Positions 40,963 through 53,900 of a DNA stretch of 64,000 bases are shown here, piece after piece. A program made the translations under genes and the position numbers. The stretch's first letter is position 1. Each line of letters begins with the position of its first letter. Origin of the DNA: Deltaproteobacteria bacterium TL4. GTDB lineage: Bacteria > SAR324 > NAC60-12. The notes below the pieces were generated by a model. It ran no database searches. It saw only the letters and a program-made list of their open reading frames with translations, and was not told the origin of the DNA. Location: positions 2,075 to 66,074 of the forward strand of contig JBBCAX010000090.1 of assembly GCA_051382335.1 (NCBI GenBank). Direction: 5' to 3'.

Positions 40963-42483
40963 TTACAAAATGGCCAAAAGGATTCCTGCCGCAACGGCTG
41001 AACCAATAACTCCAGAGACGTTAGGTCCCATGGCATGCATCATCAGAAAGTTTTGGGAGTTTGATTCCAAACCCACTTTATTAACGACGCGGGCAGCCAT
41101 AGGAACAGCGGAAACACCGGCTGCCCCAATTAAAGGATTAATAGGAGATGATGAGAATTTATTCATTATTTTAGCCATGATAACCCCACCCGCAGTTCCA
41201 AGACCGAAGGCAATAACTCCCAGAACCAAGATTCCCAGAGTTTCCATATTCAAGAATTGTCCTGCGGATAATTTACTACCAACACCTAACCCTAAAAAGA
41301 TGGTCACCGTGTTAATCAGCGCATTCTGTACGGTGTCCGAAAGGCGTTCCACAACACCGCATTCCCTCAATAAATTCCCAAACATGAGACATCCAATTAA
41401 AGGTGCGGCTGTAGGTAACAAAAGCACACACAGCCCTAATATAACAAAAGGAAACAGAATCTTTTCCAGTCTGGAGACATACCGGAGCTGCTTCATTTGA
41501 ATATTTCGTTCCGCTTCTGTGGTCAACCATCGCATAATTGGAGGTTGTATTAAAGGAACCAACGCCATATAAGAGTAGGCGGCAACAGCAATGGCACCCA
41601 ACAACCGGGGAGAAAGTTGCGTGGAAAGGAAAATGGCGGTCGGTCCATCGGCCCCACCGATGATACCAATCGATGCCGCATCTCGTAGCGTGAAATTAAT
41701 TCCTGGGATTCCATTCAACGCCAAGGCCCCCATCATTGTGACAAAAATTCCAATCTGTGCGGCTCCACCCAATAAAGCCGTTTTGGGGTTTGCGATCATC
41801 GGGCCAAAATCAGTCAAGGCGCCAACCCCCATAAAAATGACTAAGGGGAAAACTCCTGTCTTGATACCGATGTGGTACACATAATAAAGCAAACCGCCTG
41901 TGTCTGAAATTCCTGCGATCGGAATGTTTGAAAGGAGGCAGCCAAAGCCAATGGGGACCAGGAGCAAAGGCTCAAACTGTCTGGCAATTCCCAAGTATAG
42001 CAGCAACCCTCCCACTAGGATCATCAGGACACGTCCAATGCCATCAGTCCAATCCTTTCCCTGTCCTTCAATGATACTGCCGACCCCGGTTGATTCATAA
42101 AGTCGGGTTAGAAGACTGGAAACAGAGACAAGGGAGTTTGTCGTCTGTTGCTTGATTTCTTCCAGGACAATAGCAGACGTCTCAACTTGCCCGAGAACCT
42201 GGTCTCGAAGAATGGAATCAAATTTCGCTCCACTCCATTTTACAACGTTTCCAGAAACACCAGCACGTAAAATGCTTTTGGATCCATCCTGTTGTTTTAA
42301 TTCCGCGATGACATCCCCACTGTAAATATAATCGCCTTGTTTAATCTCAACTCGTATCAAGGTCGCATCAAATGGCGCGACAATAGATATCTGTTCACTG
42401 CCATAAAGAAAAGGCGTGTACAGCATACAAAACAGAACACTCCAAGACTGGAGCAATCTTAATAATATTTTATTTGATTTCAT
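40963..42483 (-). CDS. oadB: Na+-translocating decarboxylase beta subunit with N-terminal extension
   Basis: [36 protein letters not shown]. Confidence 0.92.
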   Translation of the reverse strand: MKSNKILLRLLQSWSVLFCMLYTPFLYGSEQISIVAPFDATLIRVEIKQGDYIYSGDVIAELKQQDGSKSILRAGVSGNVVKWSGAKFDSILRDQVLGQVETSAIVLEEIKQQTTNSLVSVSSLLTRLYESTGVGSIIEGQGKDWTDGIGRVLMILVGGLLLYLGIARQFEPLLLVPIGFGCLLSNIPIAGISDTGGLLYYVYHIGIKTGVFPLVIFMGVGALTDFGPMIANPKTALLGGAAQIGIFVTMMGALALNGIPGINFTLRDAASIGIIGGADGPTAIFLSTQLSPRLLGAIAVAAYSYMALVPLIQPPIMRWLTTEAERNIQMKQLRYVSRLEKILFPFVILGLCVLLLPTAAPLIGCLMFGNLLRECGVVERLSDTVQNALINTVTIFLGLGVGSKLSAGQFLNMETLGILVLGVIAFGLGTAGGVIMAKIMNKFSSSPINPLIGAAGVSAVPMAARVVNKVGLESNSQNFLMMHAMGPNVSGVIGSAVAAGILLAIL

Positions 42484-42493
42484 ATATCAACAA

Positions 42494-44290
42494 TCAGCCG
42501 ATGGTTAACAAAGGAGTATCCGCTTGGACCTGTGCACCAATAGTGACATCAATGCTTAGAACTTTTCCACTATGAGGCGCTCTAATTTCGGTTTCCATTT
42601 TCATAGCTTCCATAACAACCACTATCTGCTCTTTTTCGATAGTATCACCTGCATTAACTAATATTTTGAGTATTACGCCAAGCATTGGAGCTTTCACTTC
42701 AGTGCCGGCTGGTTTTGCGGCAACCTGGGCCACCGCTGGCGCTGGAGTTGCACGAATCCCACCTGTACCTTCGTGCACATTCACTTGGTAGGCTGTTCCA
42801 TTAACAGTGATCGTATAATCTCTTTCTTTAGCGACGGATGAAAGCGCGGGCGCTGAGGTAACCGCTGCGGCTGGTTTGTTCTCAGCGGCCTTCTTTTCTG
42901 TGCTTATTTTACGAACATTGACCTGGCCTTTACCTAATAGAAAATCCAACCCCTTGCTTTCACAGCTTGCGATAATAAAAATATTTTCATCGTTCACCGG
43001 TAAGTTGTTGTCTTTTAATATTTTAGTAGCGGCAGGAATTCCCGGCTCCAAGACATCCAGAGGATCATCTTTAAAGACAGGTTTCTTCAACTGTTCTGAA
43101 GCGATTCTTACAATTTCGGGATCAGGTGCCACGGGAGTTCTGCCAAAATATCCGAGCACCATTTCTCCATAACCCGGAGTTATTTTTTTCCATTTTCCCA
43201 TCACTACATTCGCATAGGCCTGTTGAAAATAGAATTGAGAGACAGGAGTTACCGAAGTCGCAAAGCCACCAAGTCTGACAACCTCGGACATTTCTTTGAT
43301 CACTTGAGGATAAAGGTGTAAGGTTCCATTATCACGCATCATCATCGTATTCGCTGTTAAAGCGCCGCCAGGCATTGGAGAAAGAGGAATCATCGGCGAA
43401 ACTTGTTTTGCTTCAGGCGGTACAAAGTAATCTTTCATGGCTTCTTCAAATACTTCTTCGGCCTTTAAGACTTTTTCATAGTCAATATCTAAAGTATAAT
43501 TGGTACCTTTCAAGGCATGCCACATGGAAAGGATGTCTGGTTGACAGGTCCCTCCGCAAACAGGGCTTTTCGCAAGATCAATTCCCGTAGTGCCGCCATT
43601 GATTGCGGCAAGACACTGAGAAATACCCGTGCCTGCGGTATCATGCGTATGAAACCAAAGGACGGTATCTTCACCCACGAGTTTTCGGGCTCCCTTAAAG
43701 GTGTCAAAAACTTTCTGAGGATTGGCGGTTCCTGAAGCGTCTTTGAAACAGATAGATTGATAAGGAATACTGGAATCCAAAATTTGTTTCAAACGATCCA
43801 AATAAAACTCTGCGGTATGCGCTCCTTCACAACCGGGAGGCAAGTCCATCATTGAGATCACAATCTGATGGTGTAAGCCATGATGTACGATGCGTTCTCC
43901 GGAATACTGAAGATTTCGAATATCATTCAGCGCATCAAAGTTGCGAATGGTGGTCATTCCATGCTTTTTGAACATTTTCGCGTGTAAATCAATAATATCT
44001 CTCGGCTGTTGACTTAAGGCAACCACATTAATGCCACGCGCCAAGGTTTGCAGATTTGCGTCAGGACCGACTTCTTTACGAAAACGATCCATCATATCGA
44101 ACGCAGACTCGTTACAATAAAAAAACAAGCTTTGAAAACGGGCGCCACCTCCAGCTTCCATGTGAGTAATACCAGCGTCCATACTGGCTTTTAACGCAGG
44201 CAAAAAATCATCGGTAAGTACTCGTGCGCCATAAACGGACTGGAAGCCATCCCGAAATGATGTGTCCATAAACTTAATTACTTTCGTCAC
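42494..44290 (-). CDS. oadA: Oxaloacetate decarboxylase alpha subunit
   Basis: DTSFRDGFQS, FHTHDT, VTPVSQ, C-terminal biotinyl EAMKM. Confidence 0.9.
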   Translation of the reverse strand: MTKVIKFMDTSFRDGFQSVYGARVLTDDFLPALKASMDAGITHMEAGGGARFQSLFFYCNESAFDMMDRFRKEVGPDANLQTLARGINVVALSQQPRDIIDLHAKMFKKHGMTTIRNFDALNDIRNLQYSGERIVHHGLHHQIVISMMDLPPGCEGAHTAEFYLDRLKQILDSSIPYQSICFKDASGTANPQKVFDTFKGARKLVGEDTVLWFHTHDTAGTGISQCLAAINGGTTGIDLAKSPVCGGTCQPDILSMWHALKGTNYTLDIDYEKVLKAEEVFEEAMKDYFVPPEAKQVSPMIPLSPMPGGALTANTMMMRDNGTLHLYPQVIKEMSEVVRLGGFATSVTPVSQFYFQQAYANVVMGKWKKITPGYGEMVLGYFGRTPVAPDPEIVRIASEQLKKPVFKDDPLDVLEPGIPAATKILKDNNLPVNDENIFIIASCESKGLDFLLGKGQVNVRKISTEKKAAENKPAAAVTSAPALSSVAKERDYTITVNGTAYQVNVHEGTGGIRATPAPAVAQVAAKPAGTEVKAPMLGVILKILVNAGDTIEKEQIVVVMEAMKMETEIRAPHSGKVLSIDVTIGAQVQADTPLLTIG

Positions 44291-44316
44291 TGCTCTACTC
44301 CTTATTTTTGGTTCAG

Positions 44317-44571
44317 TTATTGATTCTGTTTATCTGCTTCAAAAGCAGCCACTGCCGCAGCAAAAACCGCAATGGGAAGCTCTCCACTGCTGGAAACCCT
44401 TTTTTGAGAGGCTTGTTTTGCAAGTTTTGCTACCTGAATTTTCGCAAGTTCCTGCTCGGCCACTCCTTGCGTGAGCCAAGCAACTCCATTAATGAGCACA
44501 ACCATTAATGATAAAAAAAGCATGACTAAGGTCATGCCAACTATCATTATTTGAAAACCTTCTAATATCAT
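44317..44571 (-). CDS. oadG: Decarboxylase gamma subunit
   Basis: EG..IM.VGM..V.LFL TM segment, C-terminal IAVFAAAV; first gene of the oad operon. Confidence 0.85.
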   Translation of the reverse strand: MILEGFQIMIVGMTLVMLFLSLMVVLINGVAWLTQGVAEQELAKIQVAKLAKQASQKRVSSSGELPIAVFAAAVAAFEADKQNQ

Positions 44572-44650
44572 CCACTTCCTCTTATCAATAGTCAATTATT
44601 ACAATAATTTCCCACTTCTCGTTGGTTGATAGCACCTCTGAGTAAGATAG

Positions 44651-44870
44651 TCAAAACTCTTTCAAATAATTTTTTAACTTTTTTGATGAAGACACTTCAT
44701 CCGGTGGAATGTAATCGCCAAAGTCAAATTCAAGCTTAGAGACAGTGGCAACAGGTAATAATGGAGGCGCTCTTTGTGTTTCTTCTCCAATGTGCTTTAA
44801 TATTTTCTTAACTTCCTGATAGTCGGTAATAAAGGCGATGATTCTCATTTCCTTGCCGCATTTGGAGCCT
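44651..44870 (-). pseudogene. C-terminal remnant of an IS91/ISCR-like transposase
   Basis: (S)KCGKEMRIIAFITD...VKKILKHIG...APP matches the typical IS91-family C-terminal zinc-knuckle segment; remainder absent. Confidence 0.65.
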
Positions 44871-44931
44871 CAGAGTAGTGGCGGGAGTGGCGGGAGTGAT
44901 CAAAGATTTTCTTCACGCATGATCAAACCGG

Positions 44932-47900
44932 CTATCTACTTTTTAAAGGATCCTCCGGCGCAATCTGAAGAACCACAACGGGTCGAGCCTGATTGTCGTA
45001 AATGGGGCAAAAAATTCCATTACCTTCCCGTTCCGCATCCCATTGATCTATCGCTTTAAGCATCTTGTCAAACGCGGCCATTTGATCGGCGTCGATTGGT
45101 ACTTCCGTTTGACGGTCAGACTCCCCCTCACCGTCGGTGTCCTTTTCAAAAACCAGTTTTTCTATTTGATGAGAAGGCGCACTGAAGGCGTCTTTGACAC
45201 GAATGGAATCTTGAGAGCCTTCAATCTGCATGATCATATCCTGAGCCATTTTGGAAATTCTCAGATCCTCTGGAGAAATTTGGGAACCAAAATGAATCAC
45301 ATCTTTTCCTTCATACTCCTCGATGACCAACTCACCAGCACCTCGATGAAATTCATAGAGGTCATTGACGGGGTCTGCCTCACTTTCTGATTCGGGTTCT
45401 GTATCATCAGTATCCGATGGAGTGTCGCTGTTTGTATCAATTAAAACTTCTTCGACGCCATCATCCATTTCCGTGAGATATTCCGTCGGAATTAAACTAT
45501 CCGTAAAATAATCCTCAAACTCCTCTGCCGTCAAAAGTTCCTGAGCAAAAACGAGATTGGGAATAGGCCGTTCCGTCTGTGAAAACCAGTCCGCGATTTC
45601 AAGACCGTCCTCTTGTCCAATAAAACCCAGTTTCAATAAATCACCCTCTCGCCGTACCTGTAGGTCCGCAGGAGTTATACCATCCCCAAATAATAAGACA
45701 TCCCCTTGAAGAGCTGAAATTTGCGCATATAAAGGATGGGTCTCCGTAAGGGAAATCTGTTCAATGGTAAAAGGAAATTCATCTGAAGGCGTTTTGTGAA
45801 AATAGTAAATCTGATCTCCTGCTTTATCAACCAAATGAGCGTTTGAAGTTTCAGCACTCGTTTCATCAGTTGTATTTGGTTTTGCTTCTGTTGAGCCTGT
45901 TTCTTGATCGATTTCAGTAGAGTCTGTTGTTTCTCCAGAATCGGAATGAATCAAAAACGTTTCAGGTGCGGCTTTTGCTGCATTGGGGCGGATATTCTGG
46001 ATCACAAAACTTTCTACCTCACTCGCACCCATTATTTCCGGTTCTCTTTCTTCGGAAAACGTCATAAAATAATATGCGGGGAGTTCTCCAGTATACCAAT
46101 TTTTTATGGTGACACCACCTCCTTGTCGCATGGTCACGACTAGATCTTGTCCCTCTCTTGAAAAACTTAAGTCCGATCGTTGCGCTGCATATTCCCTTTC
46201 AGCAAAGTAGACAATATGGCCCGTTCCCTCAATGCCAAATTCACTCAGAAAAGGATTCGTGGTATCAGTTCCAGTATCAATGATGGTATGATGACCCCCT
46301 CCTGGTGCAATCATGTAGACATCACCACCTTCTCCACCCATTAAAATATCATCACCGTAACCTCCCGATATTATATTAGTATTATCATCCCCTTCAATTA
46401 GATCATTGAGAAAAGTACCTGAAAGCATACCCTGACGATCCAATTGCTCTGCGGTAATATGGGTGTCTAATTGTTCTATGACAGGACTTAGATCAAGGGC
46501 AGAACCGTCGTTTAACAAAATTTGTTCAATATGATTTGTTCTTGATAATACCCAATCATTTATTATAACCATGTCATTCGTTCCAATTCTGTGAATCACC
46601 AGGTTTTTTTCTTCGATTCGTATGTCCAAATCATCAGAACTGATCCCCTCTCCAAATCTTAGTGTGTCATTGCCCCCATACTCATAGATGGTGTATTTCC
46701 CTGCCCCTTTGTTAAATACAAAATTGTCATCGTCTTCAGTACCTTCCTTTCTAGCTATCGTAGTAGAATGATCCTCAAGCCATTTGGCTTTCTGAATATT
46801 GATTTCAGTTTCAATCTGATCCGCTGGAATGAGGGTATTATCGCTGAAGACCAAATCCATTGAATTTTTATCATTAAACCATGACCTTAAAGTGACTTGA
46901 TCTTCTGTTCCTCGAATCTGAAGTATCAAGTTCTTATCTTTCTGAATGTATTCGATATCTGTTTTTGAAATATCAGAACCAAATTTTAACTGATTGGTTT
47001 CATAGTTAAGGTCATATAAATTAATGGTATCTTTGCCATCACCTCTGTTGAATAAATAAGTATCCTCCCCCTCTTCGTCAATATAGGTATCATCGCCAAG
47101 TCCGCCATTTAAAACATCGTCACCCTGTCTTCCTAAAATAAAATCATTTCCCTCTGAACCTGAAATGAGGTCCGCTTCGTCATGTCCTTCAAGAAAATCA
47201 TCTTGGGCGGTCCCTTCATATAATGTGATGTGATTGTTTATCGTTTCATTATTCCAACGGGTTCCATCATTAAAAATGAAAGCACTCACTTGAAAAGAAG
47301 CGCTGGCTCCCCAGAGTGTAAATGTGATTTGATCGGTTGTGTCTTTGATTTTGAGAACAAGATCTTTTCCGTGTCTTTCCAAAATCAAATCGTCAGGGCC
47401 GATTCCTTCACCTAGGTTCACGCTCCCGTCAGTTGAAAGCTTATGGAAATTTTTATAAGTTTGTTCCCCCTGTTCCCTGTCGAGACTATAGGTAGGATTG
47501 TCTTCAATGACTTCGCCAGGGTTAAGCCATTCTTGTATTTCTTCATAGGCTATCGTTTGCCCATTAAATATGTTCTGGGCGATGATGATATTAAAGACGG
47601 GAGGGTTTTCTTGAAACCAGTTTTTGATGGTAGCTCCACCGGAATGATTAGTGATGGTAATTACAAGGTCATTCTCATTTCTTATTAAAGAAAGATCATC
47701 AGGAGTAAGGGGAATCTTTTCATAATCTGAAGAGTTGTTACTATCTTTGAACATAAAACAAAGCGTATTTCCAAAAGGAATAGTTCCAGAACGTGTCACT
47801 GTTTGGATGGATATTCCCGTCTCAATGATGGTATGGTGACCGCCCTCAGGATCAATGAAATACATATCGCCACCTTCGCCGCCGATCAAGGTATCTTGAC

Positions 47901-50900
47901 CTTCTCCTCCATAAAGGTCGTCTTCTCCCTCTCCACCTTCCAGAATATCATCCCCTACACCACTTTTTAAACTGTCACTAGAATCACTTCCAACTATATG
48001 TTGATTTTCAATCTCACGTATGGACTGCATATCCACAGGGGTTCCATCGTTGAGCAGAATTTGTTCTATTTGATTTTGCTTGCTTTGAAACCAGTTATAA
48101 AACACAACTTGATCCTGTGACTCTGCTATAGAAAGTACTAAATGCTCTCCTTGCTGAGCAAAACTCAAATCATCAGCATTAATGCCTGCTCCCAGTTTGA
48201 AAACATCAGCACTTCCTCCGGAATCCGTTATCGTATCACTGCCGTCACCCGAGTTATAGAGGTAAGTATCATTCCCTTTTCCGCCACTTATCCGGTCATC
48301 TCCTTTTCCTCCGCGAATGGTGTCATTGCCTCGTCCTCCTTCCAGATATTCACTTTCATCAGTTCCTTCGATTTGTTGACTCTGACAAAAAATGGCATTA
48401 ATGGATTCTTGGGAAACGCTGGAACCATCCTTAAAACGAATCTGCTCAATCGGAAACTGTATCGCGTTTCCACCTCTGACTAATATTCGATCGGTAGAAT
48501 CTTTGATTTGAAGAAGTAGGTCTTCACCTTCCATTTTGATTTCCAGGTTGGTTTCAGTGATCCCTTCACCAAACTGAAGGACATCCTGCTCCCCATCAAA
48601 ATCCTGAATGATATCCTGTCCATCTCCCAAATTGAAATGATAAGTATCGGAGCCTGAATTTCCCACAAGCAAATCATTTCCAGATCCTCCTGTCAGCGTA
48701 TCGTCTCCCGCCATCCCAGCCAGCGTATCATTACCGCCGAGGCCATCCAATTCATTGGCTTCCGCGTTTCCTATCATATCATCAGAAGATTCCGTTGCTT
48801 CGAAAATCCATTGCGGGTCGATTTCATCCACGGTGAATTCTGTTCCATCGGCAAACTTGATGCGCGCTAAATTTACCCAGCCAATTTGATCACTGGAATC
48901 CTTGATTCGAAGGAGAGAATAACCTGGTTTTTTTATCCATATCAAATCATCGTAGGTGATGCCTTCTCCAAATTGTAGCGTGCATTGTCCTTCGAAGTCA
49001 TAAATGCTGTCTTGTCCATCTCCTCGGTTGAATCGATAAACATCATTCCCTAGCATTCCGTAGAGAACATCATTCCCTTTTCCTCCTATGAGCGTATCAT
49101 TACCGGCCAAACCAAAGATCTCGTCATCTCCACCTAATCCACTAATTTCTTCAGAAAGTGCTGTCCCATAAATTTCTTCTGACTCATCGGAACTGTAAAT
49201 GGAAGTATTTTCAAAAATCATCTCTGGATTCAACTCAGTTCCATCTGAAAACTCCAATTTTGCCAAATGAGCTGAAGTATAAACTACACCGGAAACCAGA
49301 GTGATTTGATCTGAAGAATCTTTCAGGCGGATGATTATATCACGTCCCTTTTGCTCAAACTCTAAACTGTCAGGACTAATCCCTTCTCCAAACTTGATGC
49401 TATCTTTCTTCGTTCTATCACTGGAATAAAGTTCTATTCTATCTTGTCCATCACCCCTATTAAAGATATATGTGTCTTGTCCATCTCCTCCTGTTAATGT
49501 ATCATTTCCTTTTCCACCCGTTAACAAGTCATCGCCGCCGTTGCCCTCAATCGTGTCATTCCCGTCGAATCCTGAGATAACGTTATCAAATAAATTTCCC
49601 AAGAGGGTGTCGTCATTGTCTGTTGCCTCAAAGATGATTTGAGCCATAATGTCTTCAGTGCTCAAAACCTGAGTGCTTGAGTGAAAGGTGATTTGTTTGA
49701 GTTGCGCTCGACTGTCTTCATTCCAATTGAGCAGTGTGAGTTGATCCGTTGTCCCTGAAATTTTTATGATTAAATCATTCCCGATTTGTACAAACTCCAA
49801 ATCTTCCGGAGCGATTTCTTCTCCAAAGTGCAGGGTGTCTTCAGGGGTGTTCACATTATATTGATTGGAGGATTTAAAAATTTTAAATAGGTCGAGTTCC
49901 AATGTATCCTGACCATCGCCCCTGTTAAAAATGTAGGTATCCCTTCCTTCATTTCCATGTAACTGGTCGTTTCCTGTCCCACCAACAAGAATATCATTCC
50001 CCTCTCCTCCATCAATTACATCATCGCCACTATCGCCCTGCAAATGATCGTCCGAAAAACCTCCTTTAATAGTGTCGTTTCCACCTGATCCATAAATTTG
50101 AATAGGATTCAAAACTCCCCAAGAAAGATCATCATCTCCGTCCGTTCCTTCCCAGAGCAAGTGTTGCTCCATTTGCTCGGGTGTTAATGTCTGGTCAGAA
50201 AAAACCACTTGCGATAGACGGTTGGAATCATGTTTAAACCAATCGCTAAGGATAACCTGATCCGCCGTTTCTTTGAAACGTATTAACAAGTCATCAGCCT
50301 TCACTAAAAATTCTACTTCTGAAAAATTTACAGCGTCAAAATTCAGTTTGTCATTGGGTTCCGCTTGAATGGTGTCTTGACCATCTCCACGCTTGAATAC
50401 ATAAACATCGGAACCGTCATTTCCTTCCAATAAATCATTGCCTTCTCCTCCAATCAATGTGTCGTCTCCTTCTCCCCCGCTCAGGACATCATCCCCTGCG
50501 TCACCATTCAAAAGGTCATCGCCTTCAGCTCCTGTTATCGTATCTGAACCTCCCAACCCTGACAGTTCGTTGGCTTCAGAATCTCCATTAATAAAATCAT
50601 CAGTATCTCCAATAACTAATGAAACTAAAGGGGTATAAGATTCTTGAGAAACAACGGTTCCGTCCTGAAATTTTATATCTATCTTTTTAGAATGAGTGAC
50701 CCAATCCTTGATGGTGATTTGATCTTCGCTTTCATTGATTGAAATCACCAAATCCGGACCACGTTGAGTCATTGTCAGATCGTCCTGATTGATGTCATCT
50801 CCAAATTGAATCAAATCCCGTGTTGGGTCATCCAAGGAATACTGGGCTTCAAGAATAACCGTGTCTTGTCCATCCCCACGGTTGAATACGTAGACATTGT

Positions 50901-53900
50901 TTCCCTCTTCTCCCATTAATTGATCCTGACCTGTTCCACCAATCAAGGTATCATCTCCGGCTCCCCCTTTCAGAGTGTCATTCCCGCCTACCCCTGAAAG
51001 TATATCTGAAGAAGAGGTACCTACAATCGTATCATCCTCTGCATCCCCTTCCATAAGGGTAGATAAACGAGTGATTATCTCAGTGAGGGCTTCTTGTTGA
51101 ATCGACTGATCAGGAGCGTCTTTGAAGTTAATTTGACTCAACATACTCCCTTGTGACTCAAATACGTTTTTGATGATAACTTGGGTTTCAGAACCGTTCA
51201 CCTGAATCAGCAGGTCTTGTTGGACACGATCATACTTTAGATCCTCTGGTAAAATTCCAGGTCCAAATTGAAGAATGTTATTTCCTTCTGAATCAGAAAT
51301 AATATCGTGTCCGTCTCCCAGCTTGATGGTGTAAGTGTCCGCTCCTGAACCTCCCTCCAATTGATCATTTCCTAAGCCTCCTGTTAGGAAATCGTCGCCT
51401 TCCCCTCCACTCATGAGGTCTTGTCCTGAATCTCCCTCTAAACGATCATTTCCAGAGCCGCCAGATATCGTATCATCCCCTTCCATCCCTTTAATGAAGT
51501 CGTCTTGGCTCTCACCTTGAAGGATGTCGTTTTCCGCTGTACCTTCAATTAAATGAGGTTGAAGCGTACTTGTTTCCAGAACGGTTCCATCTTGTAATTG
51601 AATTTGGCTCAACGAATGCTGTTCTTCTATAAACCATTGAGGAAGGGTAATTTGGTCAGAGCTTAAGAGGCCATCACTATTTTTTATGTAAATATGTAAA
51701 TCATCACCGCGTTTTACGAAAAATAATTGATCCTGGTTGATGTCGGCACCGAGTACAAGAACATTGGAACCTTCCTGATCCGATAATGTGTCATGTCCAT
51801 CGCCCCTTGAAAATTGATAAATATCAGCGCCTTCTCCCCCTTGGAGTACATCGTTGCCTTTCCCTCCTTCGAGGAGGTCGTCACCTTTTCCACCTTCAAG
51901 GGTATCTTGTCCATCATGACCATGTAGCTGATCACTTAAAAGGGTTCCGGTAAGGTAATCATCATTCTCTGTTCCTGCAATAGCGATACTTTTTGAGATC
52001 AAATCATTAACATCCCAGCGTGTCCCATCTGAAAACGTTACATTTTCAACCCGTCGTAATTCTTCTGTAATCCACCCACCCAAAACAATGCGATCCTCTG
52101 TTCCTTTTATCTTTAATACCAGATCATTTCCCTCTCGTTGCACCAAAACCTCTTCAGGATTGAGGCTGTCGGTAAACGTTACAGTGTCCTCTCCTGATTC
52201 TTCATAAATGGTGTCATCCCCATCTCCACGGTTGAAGAGGTAAACATCCTCTCCTTCACCACCCAATAAACTATCATCCCCCTGTCCTCCAACGAGCGTA
52301 TCTGAACCACTCTGACCATAAAGACGGTCATCCCCTGCTTGACCCTCAAGATGATCTGCGCCACTTCCTCCCTCAAAATAATCCTTCCCTTCTTTTCCAT
52401 ACATAACGTTGTCATATTCAGTTCCTTGAATCATATCATCTTGTGCGGTTCCTTCAAAAATAAGCATGGATTCTATTTCCGATGGAATCACACTTGTACC
52501 ATTATCAAAAACAATAGACGATAATGGGGGTAGGCCAGTAATATTATTACGCCAGCTTATAATCGTTATTTGATCGGTTGTCTCTTCTCCTTGTGTGCCT
52601 TTAACTCTTAGAAGAAGATCTCTGCCTATCAGAACGTATTCAATTTGCTCAGGAGTGATCTCTTTTCCAAACGTTAATGTGTTATTTTGCTCGGAGTCTA
52701 AAATAACGTCTTGTCCATCGCCCCTGTTAAAAATGTAGGTATCGCTTCCCTCTCCTCCATATAAAATGTCAGCACCTTCTCCTCCCTCCAACGAATTATC
52801 GCCAACTCCTCCATCAAGCGTATCGTTCCCGCCTCCTCCCTCCAACAAATCATCGCCAACTCCTCCATCAAGCGTATCGTTCCCGCCCAACCCCTGTAAA
52901 TGATCCGCAAGGTCTGAGCCTTGGAGTGAGTTTGACTCGTCATTGCCGTAAGTATGAAAACTTTGTTTCAATATATCCTGCACACCCCATTGAACGGTGT
53001 GGTCCGCAAAGGAAATAAGTTCAATTTTCGCTGTGTCATCTTGATTAAATTTTTTTAAAGTGACCTGATCTTCTGTCTCCCGAATTCGAATAATGACGTC
53101 ATTTCCTGAACGCTCCATTTGTAATTCATCAGGCTGAATACCACTTCCAAACTGTAATTGATCATTGCCGGAAAGTTCAATAATGGTATCTTTTCCATCA
53201 TTACGATTAAAACGATAAACATCCGAACCTTCGCCCCCAACGAGTGTGTCTTGTCCTTGTCCTCCAACTAATGTATCATCGCCTTCGCCTCCATCGAGAT
53301 AGTCATTATCGGCACCGCCATCAACAAAATCGTTTCCTCCTCCCGCATAGACGGAGTCATTATTTTCAAAAGACCTGATTTCATCGTCCCGTTCTCTGCC
53401 CTGAATCTCATCTCCATACCAATCGCCTTCAAACACAACATGATCTTCAATATCTTCCGCATCTAAAATACTGTTATCATTGAAAACAAGTTGCAGGAGG
53501 GATTTATTGCTCTGAGTTCTTCCCTTTTCAATCGTGATCTGATCATTGCTGAGATTTCCTTCCGCATCTTTAAAACGTAAAATCAAATCATCTCGTTTAT
53601 AAACAAAATCGATTTGATCCACAGAAATGCCTTCTCCAAACTTTAATAAAGTGGCTCCTTCCGCATCTTTGATGAGGTCTTGCCCATCACCAGGATTAAA
53701 AACATAAGTATCTGTTCCAGCACCTCCTTCAAGAATATCCTTGCCTTGTTCGCCTTCAAGTGAATCCTCCCCTTCCAAACCTTGCAATGTGTCGTTTCCG
53801 AGACCTCCAGACAGTACGTTATCAGCGATATTCCCTGTCATGAGATCATCAACATCTGTGGACTCAAACCGGATTTCCTCCACAATCTTTTGCGTATCCC

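Noticed and set aside
40079-41500. Long plus-strand ORFs (262 aa, 176 aa) and similar shadow ORFs across the window
   Set aside because: Antisense to well-supported genes; no motifs
52770-52890. 54-bp tandem duplication in the RTX gene
   Set aside because: Ordinary recent duplication of two nonapeptide repeats
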